A DNA stretch of 64,000 bases, from positions 17,446 to 81,445 of the forward strand of contig JBKQIR010000013.1 of assembly GCA_052148275.1 (NCBI GenBank), given 5' to 3'. The notes beneath the pieces were generated by a model. It did not search any database. It was given only the letters and a program-made list of their open reading frames with translations, and had not been told where the DNA came from. Position 1 is the first letter of the stretch; each line of letters starts with the position of its first letter. Source of the stretch: Solirubrobacteraceae bacterium (GTDB taxonomy: Bacteria; Actinomycetota; Thermoleophilia; Solirubrobacterales; Solirubrobacteraceae). Positions 19,224 through 27,210 of this stretch are shown piece after piece. The translations under genes and the position numbers were made by a program.

Positions 19224-20414
19224 TTGCGTATCTTGATCCTGGGCGGGGACGGCTTTTGTGGCTGGCCCACGTCTCTGCACCTGTCGGCGTGTGGCCATGA
19301 GGTCGCGATCGTGGACAACCTCGCTCGCCGCACTGCCGATGTCGAGCTCGAAGCGGAGTCGCTGACTCCGATCAGACCGCTCGGCACGCGCCTGGCGGCG
19401 TGGCGCGAGCTGAGTGGACGGGAGATCCCGTTCCACCGCCTCGACGTCGCCGCCGACTATCGCGAGCTGCTCGAGCTGCTGATCGAGTGGCAGCCCGATG
19501 CGGTCGTTCACTTCGCTGAGCAGCGCGCCGCGCCCTACTCGATGAAGAGCTCGTGGCACAAGCGCTACACGGTCAGCAACAACGTCAACGCGACCCACAA
19601 TCTGCTCGCGGCGCTCGTCGAGTCGCAGCTCGATGCGCACGTCGTGCACCTCGGGACGATGGGCGTGTACGGCTACGGCACGGCCGGCGTGAAGATCCCC
19701 GAGGGGTATCTGCGGGTTCGCTTCGACACCGACGAGGGTGCCGAGGTCGAGCAGGAGATCCTCTATCCGGTCAACCCCGGCAGCGTCTACCACATGACCA
19801 AGACGCAGGATCAGCTGCTGTTCGCGTTCTACAACAAGAACGACGGGACGGCGGTGACGGATCTCCATCAGGGGATCGTGTGGGGGACGCAGACGGCGCA
19901 GACGCGGCTCGATGAGCGCCTGATCAACCGCTTCGACTATGACGGTGACTACGGCACGGTGCTCAACCGGTTCCTGATGCAGGCCGCGGTCGGCTATCCG
20001 CTCACGGTTCATGGCACGGGAGGTCAGACGCGGGCGTTCATCCACATTCAGGACACGGTCCGTTGCATCCAGCTTGCGATCGAGAACCCGCCGGCGCCCG
20101 GGTCGCGGGTGCGGGTGTTCAACCAGATGACCGAGTGTCATCGCGTGATCGATCTCGCGAAGCTCGTGTCGAGCCTCACGGGCGCGGAGATCGACCACGT
20201 CGAGAATCCTCGTAACGAAGCTGCGGAGAACGATCTGTATGTCGAGAACCGCCAGCTCGTCGAGCTTGGTCTCGAGCCGATCCGTCTGCAGGACGACCTG
20301 CTCTCGGAGGTCACCGAGATCGCCCGCGCGTACGCTGATCGTTGCGACATGACGAAGATCCCGTGCGGCTCGAAGTGGATCCAGCGCACGGAGCAGACCG
20401 CCGACAGGACGTAG
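19224..20414 (+). CDS. sqdB: UDP-sulfoquinovose synthase
   Basis: LGGDGFCGWPT, HFAEQRAAPYSMKS, HLGTMGVYG, YHMTK, DLHQGIVWG, RFDYDGDYGTVLNRF, GTGGQTRAFIHIQD are SqdB/SQD1-specific motifs. AAGGAG SD precedes the TTG. Confidence 0.9.
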   Translation: MRILILGGDGFCGWPTSLHLSACGHEVAIVDNLARRTADVELEAESLTPIRPLGTRLAAWRELSGREIPFHRLDVAADYRELLELLIEWQPDAVVHFAEQRAAPYSMKSSWHKRYTVSNNVNATHNLLAALVESQLDAHVVHLGTMGVYGYGTAGVKIPEGYLRVRFDTDEGAEVEQEILYPVNPGSVYHMTKTQDQLLFAFYNKNDGTAVTDLHQGIVWGTQTAQTRLDERLINRFDYDGDYGTVLNRFLMQAAVGYPLTVHGTGGQTRAFIHIQDTVRCIQLAIENPPAPGSRVRVFNQMTECHRVIDLAKLVSSLTGAEIDHVENPRNEAAENDLYVENRQLVELGLEPIRLQDDLLSEVTEIARAYADRCDMTKIPCGSKWIQRTEQTADRT

Positions 20415-20518
20415 CCGACACCGCCCGCCCGATAATCTCGGCTAAGGGCCCGGATGATTCGCGTGGGATCCGAGATCGTCGATCGCGTCACCACTGGCTC
20501 GGCGTCTGATGTCGGTGG

Positions 20519-20926
20519 TTATTCGCTGGTCGACAGCGATGCTTCGGGTCGGGTCGGCTGAAAGAGCTCGATTGGGTTGCCGCTCGGATCGTCGAGGAGG
20601 ATCTGGTTGCCTCCGACGCCGGTAACGATGTCGTTGCGAAACCGGACGCCGGCATCGCGGAGCGCTGCGACGGACGCTGGGAGGTCTTCTAGTTCGACCA
20701 TGAACCTGTTCCAGCCGCCGGGTTCGGGACGGGTCCCGTCCGGCATCGCTTGCCCACCACCGCCTGCGCCGCTCGGTGCGCTGAGAACCAGTCGAAGGTT
20801 GCCTCGCGTGAGCATCGCAAAGGTGGGAGCGGGGTGCATTTGCTCTTCGAAGCCGAGGTGCTCGCAGTAGAACGCGATTGCGGCGTCGACGTCATCGACG
20901 ATGTAGCGGACGCTGACGGTAACCAT
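20519..20926 (-). CDS. VOC (glyoxalase/bleomycin resistance) family protein
   Basis: SVRYIVDDVDAAIAFY...LLDDPSGNPIELFQP. Confidence 0.9.
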   Translation of the reverse strand: MVTVSVRYIVDDVDAAIAFYCEHLGFEEQMHPAPTFAMLTRGNLRLVLSAPSGAGGGGQAMPDGTRPEPGGWNRFMVELEDLPASVAALRDAGVRFRNDIVTGVGGNQILLDDPSGNPIELFQPTRPEASLSTSE

Positions 20927-20971
20927 GGATGCGGCTCCTTTGGTCGGGTTGTGCGTGGCGGCGGGTGGCGC

Positions 20972-21334
20972 TCACGTGTAGAGCTCCCGGTCTGGCTCAT
21001 CGATCTGCACGACGGTCCCGTCAGGGGCCGGAACCAGGAGGGAGCGGCCCCATTCCTGGTCGACGATCGTGCCCTCGGGCCGAAAGCCCGCTGTTCGCAG
21101 CCTTGCCTCGACCGCCTCGAGTGGCTCGTCGGTGACGAAGTTCAACGCCAGCCCGGTTCGTCCGTGCCCATCGGCGGCGATGGTGGCGTCGTGCAGGCAG
21201 AGCTCGCCGCCGGCCGCCGCGAGCTCGATCCAGTGCCCGGAGCGCGAGCGCACAGCGGGAGTCAGGCCGATCGCTTCATAGAACCGAAGGGCCTCTGCGA
21301 CGTCTGGGACGAAATGAATCGGCCTGACCCTCAT
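20972..21334 (-). CDS. VOC family protein
   Basis: [18 protein letters not shown]...[22 protein letters not shown]. Confidence 0.85.
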   Translation of the reverse strand: MRVRPIHFVPDVAEALRFYEAIGLTPAVRSRSGHWIELAAAGGELCLHDATIAADGHGRTGLALNFVTDEPLEAVEARLRTAGFRPEGTIVDQEWGRSLLVPAPDGTVVQIDEPDRELYT

Positions 21335-21501
21335 CGCGAGGCTGCCTCATCAAGACGATCGAGATGAGCTGTGAGAGCGTCCTCGACGAGCTTGGACAGG
21401 GACGATGCCTGATCGACTGCGGCGTGTTTGACGCGGCGGATCAGGCTCGGCGGAAGGTAGACGTTGAACTGCTGCTTCTGTGACGCGGCACCATTCGGCA
21501 T
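21331..21501 (-). CDS. CopG / ribbon-helix-helix small regulator (56 aa)
   Basis: Not in the ORF track. Manual translation: [56 protein letters not shown]. The stop overlaps the next start (ATGA). Confidence 0.8.
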   Translation of the reverse strand: MPNGAASQKQQFNVYLPPSLIRRVKHAAVDQASSLSKLVEDALTAHLDRLDEAASR

Positions 21502-21591
21502 CAGCCCCGAAATGCTAGCAAGCTAGCCCGGCGGCGGAGATCAGCACCTCTGGTTTGACGGATGGGTCTTTCGGCGAGCTCGGAGCGGGTT

Positions 21592-24567
21592 TCAGTGCTC
21601 GTCGGGGGCCGGTTCTGCGCGTGACCCCGCTCCGGTCCCGTCGGCCCCGGGTGGAACGACGTCCGGAGTAGGCGACGCCGGCTTGCCGAGCGACTTGGGG
21701 CGCAAGGGCGCGACCATGCCCCTGTAGGCCACCGTCTCGGCGCACAGCACGCGATGAACGAAACGGGGCTTGCCATGGAGGTCGAACGTGCACGGGTCCG
21801 ACAGCACTTCGATCACGACCCAGGGCAGGCCCTGGACGGTCGTGTAGCTGAGAATCCGGATGTCCATCAGCACGACGACCTTCACGCCCGCGTCCGTCAG
21901 GCCGACGAACACGCCGGGCGTGATCACATGTCCCGGAGAGATAGCCAGCGTCTCGAGCGTCTCGAGCGCCTCGTGGTAGACGATCTCGCCGGGGTGAACC
22001 TGCTTCATGTACTCGTCGTAGTCGCCGTCTCTCAGGTGCGCGATCTCGTCCTGGACCAGTTGGCTTTGGGCGCCGAGGTCGCGGCAGCGATCGAGAGCCT
22101 CGGGCGTGTCGTCGTGTCGGGGGTCGGGCACCGCGCCGCACTTCACCTCGTCGAGCGGGACGATCGCGCCGGTCGCTCCCTTCGGGCCGGTGCATGTCGC
22201 ATCAAACCTGCCGGGGAGCTCAAACGAGTAGGGAGTCGCGACCGCAGGCACGATGACCTTCACGGTCCCGCCAGGCGAGAGATCGGCTTTGCCCTGGAAG
22301 TCGGAGCTGACCAGCGGTGAGTCCTCTTCGTCCAGGTCGAGGTGGCGGTCGATCGTGTATTTCTCGATCGAGGATCCCTTGTCGACGTCGAAGCGGCACG
22401 GCAGCTGATCCTTGTTGTCGGCGAGCTTCCCGATGAACACGTACTCGCGGTAGATCGCGTCGCTGCCCTCGGTGCCGATGTTGATCCGGGCCGCGACGAC
22501 CTCGCAGCCGGCCTGCTGCTCGATCTGCTTGCGGACGATGGGCGGAAGCGAGCGGATCGACGCGCGGCCGTACTTGAACGTGAACCGGTCATGGCCCGCG
22601 AGCTGGCGTTCGGGTGGACAGTCCTTCTCGTTGTTGCAATCGCGCGTCGGGACGTCGACGAGCAGTGGTGTGATGTCCTTGCACATGACCGGGCTGACCG
22701 CTCCGAACCAGCCGCGTGTCGTGTCGTCGCCGGCGTGACAGAACGGGTCGTGGAAGGCGAACGTCAGATCGCCGCCGACCTCGAGTTCCTCGATGTTGCT
22801 GTTGCCTTCGACCTTCAGCTTCGCCGGCTTCGGGAGCACGTGCAGGAGGTTGCTGTCGAGGTCCGAGGGGCTCAGATAATCATCGGGATCTCGCGTTGCC
22901 AGTCGCAGCGGCTCGGCGCTTACGGCCTCCTTGGCGACGCCGACGCCGCCCTGCAGCCCGCTGCCTCCGAACAGCTCCAGCCCTGCGAACACGAACGTGC
23001 GCATCAGCTTCGGTCCGTCAGCGTCCCGGGTCCCGATCAAGACGATCGCCGCGCCCGCGTCGACTGTCAGCTTGTCGATGAGCGGTCGCGCGATCCCGGG
23101 GAGATGGTCGGCGAGCCAATCCTTGATCTTGCTGATCGGCAGGTCATGCGAGGCCCGTAGCATCACGGCGCCGAAGCTCTTCGCCCCAGCCGTCTTCTCT
23201 TTGTCGCCGCAGTGCTCCGGCGGCGTGGTCTCGTCACAGGTCTTGGCGCGCTCCGGCATCGGGACCTCGCCGCACTCGACGGGGCCGACGGGAAGCAGCA
23301 ATCCCGGCAGGGAACGGTGGCTCCTCATGCATTCCTGGTCCCAGTCCCGGTCGACGAGCAACCAGAACTTCCCGTCCCCGAGGACCAGCTTGCCCACCCC
23401 CGGGTCCAGCCGCGCCTCGCCGACCAATGGCGATGGTGCCCACGGATCGTCTGGGTTCTTGGTCGCGAGCTGGACCGGCACGGTGGCTTTCGCTGCGACG
23501 AGCTCCTGGTCCTTGACTCGCAGCTCGCAACCATCGGAATCGAGCGGCGTCCGCGTCCACACGAATCGCCGGAAGGTCGCGTGTCCGGCGACGCCGATGT
23601 CGCCGATGTTGACCGCGATCGAGTCCGGGCCATGGCAGGCCACCTTGACGAGGAAGCGCTCCGAGAACCGGGTCCGGTCCGTCTCGGAGCAGAGGTCGTC
23701 GGGCTTGCGGTCGACCGGCACGATCGCTACCCGCCGGTCGTCGGCCTGCTCGAGCGGTTCATTCGGGTTGCGCCGGATCTCCGCCAGGCTCTGGCCGACG
23801 TGCTGTTCCCTGAACAGCGCCCCGGCGGTGTCGACGCCGGCTGCGGCCAGTTCCCGGTTGAGGACATCGAGCACGCAGCTCGAGCGGTTCGCCGACAGCG
23901 GTAGGTTGTGAGCCTGTCCGGCTGTGCGGCTCGCCTCCCCGATCACCGCGACGTAGGCGCCCTGGTGCTGGATCAGTTCCTTGAGCGCGGGCACGATCGA
24001 CTCACGGATGAACGTGAGGTGCCCAGGCTTGACGAACGACTTGTCGATGTCGAAGTTCGTCAGCAGCCACGCCTTGTCGCCGACCTGCTCCCCGATGACG
24101 TGCGAGTACTCGGTGAAGCCCACCGTCTTGCCCACGCCGTCACCCTGTTCGAGCTTCGCCGGCAGATCGCACGGCGAGCGCTGCAGAATCCCGCCAGGCG
24201 AGTCAGAAGCGCGAGCTCGGCGGGAGAGCACGGCGCCATGGAGGGCGTTGGCGTAAGCCCGGCGGCTGCGCTCGTCGATCAGCGACTCCTCGTCGTGGCA
24301 TTTGCCGCCACAGGTGCAGCGGCCCGCACAGCGGGCAAGCGGACGCTCTCTGGCGGCGCCGGGGCCGGCCCGCAAGGCGGCCATGCCGGCTACCGCTCGG
24401 TTGCCCGCGCTGCGCTGAAGCGCAATCGCGGTCTGCTGAGACAGACCGCTCGGCTCGCGACGGCCGCAAGTCGGCGCGCAACACACGTCCAGCGAATCCG
24501 GCGGACGTGAGCGTCGGCCAGGACCCTCCCTTCGAGCTGACCGAGCGACTGCAACTGCAGCGGCCAC
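21592..24567 (-). CDS. 991-aa hypothetical protein: eCIS-cargo-like N-terminus, OmpA-like domain, three Cys-containing repeats
   Basis: LQRSAGNRAV, CAGRCTCGGKC, ILQR; NFDIDKS...GEASRTA...NLPLSANR...DRRVAI; three internal repeats of about 170-190 aa. Start uncertain. Confidence 0.75.
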   Translation of the reverse strand: MAAAVAVARSARREGPGRRSRPPDSLDVCCAPTCGRREPSGLSQQTAIALQRSAGNRAVAGMAALRAGPGAARERPLARCAGRCTCGGKCHDEESLIDERSRRAYANALHGAVLSRRARASDSPGGILQRSPCDLPAKLEQGDGVGKTVGFTEYSHVIGEQVGDKAWLLTNFDIDKSFVKPGHLTFIRESIVPALKELIQHQGAYVAVIGEASRTAGQAHNLPLSANRSSCVLDVLNRELAAAGVDTAGALFREQHVGQSLAEIRRNPNEPLEQADDRRVAIVPVDRKPDDLCSETDRTRFSERFLVKVACHGPDSIAVNIGDIGVAGHATFRRFVWTRTPLDSDGCELRVKDQELVAAKATVPVQLATKNPDDPWAPSPLVGEARLDPGVGKLVLGDGKFWLLVDRDWDQECMRSHRSLPGLLLPVGPVECGEVPMPERAKTCDETTPPEHCGDKEKTAGAKSFGAVMLRASHDLPISKIKDWLADHLPGIARPLIDKLTVDAGAAIVLIGTRDADGPKLMRTFVFAGLELFGGSGLQGGVGVAKEAVSAEPLRLATRDPDDYLSPSDLDSNLLHVLPKPAKLKVEGNSNIEELEVGGDLTFAFHDPFCHAGDDTTRGWFGAVSPVMCKDITPLLVDVPTRDCNNEKDCPPERQLAGHDRFTFKYGRASIRSLPPIVRKQIEQQAGCEVVAARINIGTEGSDAIYREYVFIGKLADNKDQLPCRFDVDKGSSIEKYTIDRHLDLDEEDSPLVSSDFQGKADLSPGGTVKVIVPAVATPYSFELPGRFDATCTGPKGATGAIVPLDEVKCGAVPDPRHDDTPEALDRCRDLGAQSQLVQDEIAHLRDGDYDEYMKQVHPGEIVYHEALETLETLAISPGHVITPGVFVGLTDAGVKVVVLMDIRILSYTTVQGLPWVVIEVLSDPCTFDLHGKPRFVHRVLCAETVAYRGMVAPLRPKSLGKPASPTPDVVPPGADGTGAGSRAEPAPDEH

Positions 24568-24599
24568 GTCGTCAAGCCTACACGCGATCGAAACGCTGG

Positions 24600-25778
24600 T
24601 CAGCCGTATCGGTGCACGAACGAATCGAGGCGCAGGAGCGCCTCTTGGAGCTGTTCGAGCGACGACGTGTAGGAGAAGCGCACATGGTGCTCGGCGTCGA
24701 AGACGCCAAAGTCATCGCCCGGGACGACGGCCACGCCGGCTTCGTTGAGCATCCGGCTCACGAGCTCGGAACTGTCGCCGAAGCGGTCGCAGCGGGCGTA
24801 GACGTAGAACGCCCCCTGTGGCATCACCGGCACCCCGAAGCCGAGTTCACGCAGGCCGCTGACGAGCAGATCCCGACGGGTCTGGAAGAGCCGCCGTCGT
24901 TCCTCCACGATCGCCCAGACCTCGGGCGTGAACGCCGCCAGGGCGCCGTACTGAGCCGGGACCGGGGGCGAGATGTAGAGGTTCTGAGCCAGCTTCGTGA
25001 CGGCATCCATGGCCCACTCGGGACAGACCAGCCAGCCCAGCCGCCAGCCGGTCATGCCGAAAGTCTTGGAGAAGCTGTTGACCACGAAGACGTCATCCGA
25101 GGCGCATAGTGCGGTCGACGGAGGCCTGTCATACACGAGCTCGCTGTACACCTCGTCGACGAAGCACAGTCCGCCCTGCTTCGCCGTCCACTGCAGGAGC
25201 GCCGTCAGCTCGTCGGGCGCGATCGCGGTGCCGGTCGGATTCGAGGGTGTACCTACGAGCAGCCCGCGCGCCCGGTCGGTCCACAATGGCGCGACCGACC
25301 CGATGCTCAGCTGATAGTTGTCCGCCGGACCGACGTGCGCCCCCACCGGCTCGGCGCCGTAGAGGCGGATCAGGTTGCGGTTGCACGGATAGCCGGGGTC
25401 GCTCATCAGGACCTGATCGCCGGCGTTGAGGGTCGCCCCGAAGGCGAGCAGGAGCGCGGCCGAGCCTCCGGAGGTCACCACGATCCTGCCGACCGGAACC
25501 TCGGTCCCGAAGCGCTCGGCGTAATACCGGCTGATCGCTTCCCGCAGCTGCGGGATCCCGAGCGAGGAGGTGTAGTGGACCTGACCGTCCGCGATCGCCC
25601 TGGTCGCCGCGTCGACCACGGGCGCGGGCGTGCCGAAGTCGGGCTCGCCGGCCACGAGGCGCACCACCGAGCGGCCGGTTGCCTCCACCTCCCACGCCTT
25701 CTCCATCACCTCGACGACGCGGAACGGCGCGATGCCGTCCATGCGGGCAGCAAGGCGCTGCTCGGCCAGTCGCGTCAT
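24600..25778 (-). CDS. PLP-dependent aminotransferase, class I/II (AspC-like)
   Basis: AGEPDF, GIPQLREAI, DPGYPCN, PSNPTG, DEVY, NSFSKTFGMTGWRLGW (PLP lysine). Confidence 0.95.
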   Translation of the reverse strand: MTRLAEQRLAARMDGIAPFRVVEVMEKAWEVEATGRSVVRLVAGEPDFGTPAPVVDAATRAIADGQVHYTSSLGIPQLREAISRYYAERFGTEVPVGRIVVTSGGSAALLLAFGATLNAGDQVLMSDPGYPCNRNLIRLYGAEPVGAHVGPADNYQLSIGSVAPLWTDRARGLLVGTPSNPTGTAIAPDELTALLQWTAKQGGLCFVDEVYSELVYDRPPSTALCASDDVFVVNSFSKTFGMTGWRLGWLVCPEWAMDAVTKLAQNLYISPPVPAQYGALAAFTPEVWAIVEERRRLFQTRRDLLVSGLRELGFGVPVMPQGAFYVYARCDRFGDSSELVSRMLNEAGVAVVPGDDFGVFDAEHHVRFSYTSSLEQLQEALLRLDSFVHRYG

Positions 25779-25846
25779 CGGCGCATCGTATCGATGCGGT
25801 CGTGCCCGCCTGCCGTGTCGCTGAACCGGGATCGGTCGACCATGCG

Positions 25847-26239
25847 TCAGCCTGCGAGCGGACCGAGATCCGGGGGGACGTCGACCGCATGCTCCTGGAG
25901 TGCGTCGAACGGGACGACGTCGAGCGCGCGTTCATGAGTGCAGGCAAGCACGACGTAGGCGGCTGCGCCGTCTCTGTGCGCTCGCAGCCAGTTCGCGGCG
26001 GTGACGCACCAGCGGTCGCCGGGTACCAATCCGGGGAACGCGTACTGCGGCGCCGGAGTGATCAGGTCGTTGCCGATGCTGCGTTGGTGCTCCAGAAATG
26101 CCGCTGTCACAACGGCGCAGATCGTGTGGCTACCTCGATCCTCGGGGCCCGAGCTGCAGCAACCGTCGCGGTAGAAACCGGTGAGCGGGTCCTGGCTGCA
26201 GAGCTCCAGCTCGCCTCCGAGCACGTTGCGATCGGTCAC
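25847..26239 (-). CDS. DUF2237 family protein
   Basis: NVLGGELELCSQDPLTGFYRDGCC...HTICA...NDLITP...PGDRWCV..W. Confidence 0.9.
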   Translation of the reverse strand: MTDRNVLGGELELCSQDPLTGFYRDGCCSSGPEDRGSHTICAVVTAAFLEHQRSIGNDLITPAPQYAFPGLVPGDRWCVTAANWLRAHRDGAAAYVVLACTHERALDVVPFDALQEHAVDVPPDLGPLAG

Positions 26240-26316
26240 GCCGCGATTATCGCCGTTGGAGGGGCCACGGCGGCGTGACCTCAGCGCATCAGGTGGCAGA
26301 TCTCGGTCTCGACCTG

Positions 26317-26622
26317 TCAGGGAGCCAGTTCCTCAACGACCTCGTAGGAGCCGTCGAGGAGCACCTGTTGAACGTGGATTCCGGTCCGGTTGAGTTGTGA
26401 TTCACGCCCGAGTGTGCGTTGCGCCTGGCGCAGCTGCTCGAGAGTCCCGTCGAACAGCCCGAACGAGACGACGACGTCGGTGTCCGAGACGTCGCGGCAG
26501 TGGTAGATCCTGATCCAGCCGCGCAGCAGGTCGCGGTTGGGTCCCTGCGCGGGATTCCACGCGGTCCGGAACGCGTCGTACGCGCCAGGATGCAGTCGGC
26601 GCGCGGTGAGTGTGCAGATCAT
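26317..26622 (-). CDS. Small dimeric alpha/beta-barrel (ABM-like) hypothetical protein
   Basis: MICTLTARRLHPGAYDAFRTAW...VVSFGLFDG...YEVVEE. Start estimated at ATG 26622. Confidence 0.6.
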   Translation of the reverse strand: MICTLTARRLHPGAYDAFRTAWNPAQGPNRDLLRGWIRIYHCRDVSDTDVVVSFGLFDGTLEQLRQAQRTLGRESQLNRTGIHVQQVLLDGSYEVVEELAP

Positions 26623-26731
26623 CAGATCAGCTCCTGTGGCGTGGTGCCCCGAACGGTTATGGTCGGGCTTCGAGGACGATGCTGAACGGGGTCTCCGCCG
26701 CGGTGCGTCGATCACGTGGCCTTGCCGCCCG

Positions 26732-27103
26732 CTATCGCTCGTCCCAGACCTGCACGACGGTCTGTCCCTTGATCAGGCCGCCGTCGAGCTCGAGAACGGT
26801 CACGCACAGGACGTTGGTCCCGTCGGAGTAGCGGCAGGCCTGCGTGTACGCGGCTCCGGCTGCGTCCTTCACTCGGTGTCCGACGGCATGCGTCATGTCA
26901 CGGCCGTACATGTCCTCGAGCCAGGTCTTGATCTCCCCGCGGTTGTGGAGCACGCGTGGCGATCCCGGTTGGGTGATCCTGTCGGCGATCGTGACCGACG
27001 CATCCGGGGCGTACATCGACAACTGCGTGGATGCGTCGCGCTCCTGCGCGGCGCGAGTGAACCGATCGAGGTCGAACGTCGTGCTGCTGGTCGTGGTGCT
27101 CAT
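26732..27103 (-). CDS. SnoaL-like / NTF2 fold protein
   Basis: FDLDRFTRAAQERDA...YAPDA...CRYSDG..VLC..VLELDGGLI...VVQVWD. Confidence 0.8.
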   Translation of the reverse strand: MSTTTSSTTFDLDRFTRAAQERDASTQLSMYAPDASVTIADRITQPGSPRVLHNRGEIKTWLEDMYGRDMTHAVGHRVKDAAGAAYTQACRYSDGTNVLCVTVLELDGGLIKGQTVVQVWDER

Positions 27104-27210
27104 GGGGTGCTCCTCGTGGGATGTGATTTCGTCCTGCGCCCAGCAGACTCGTGCAGGCGCGTCGATCCAGCGTCAAACGAGCGTCAAACCGCGCGATAGG
27201 CTTTGCTGCG

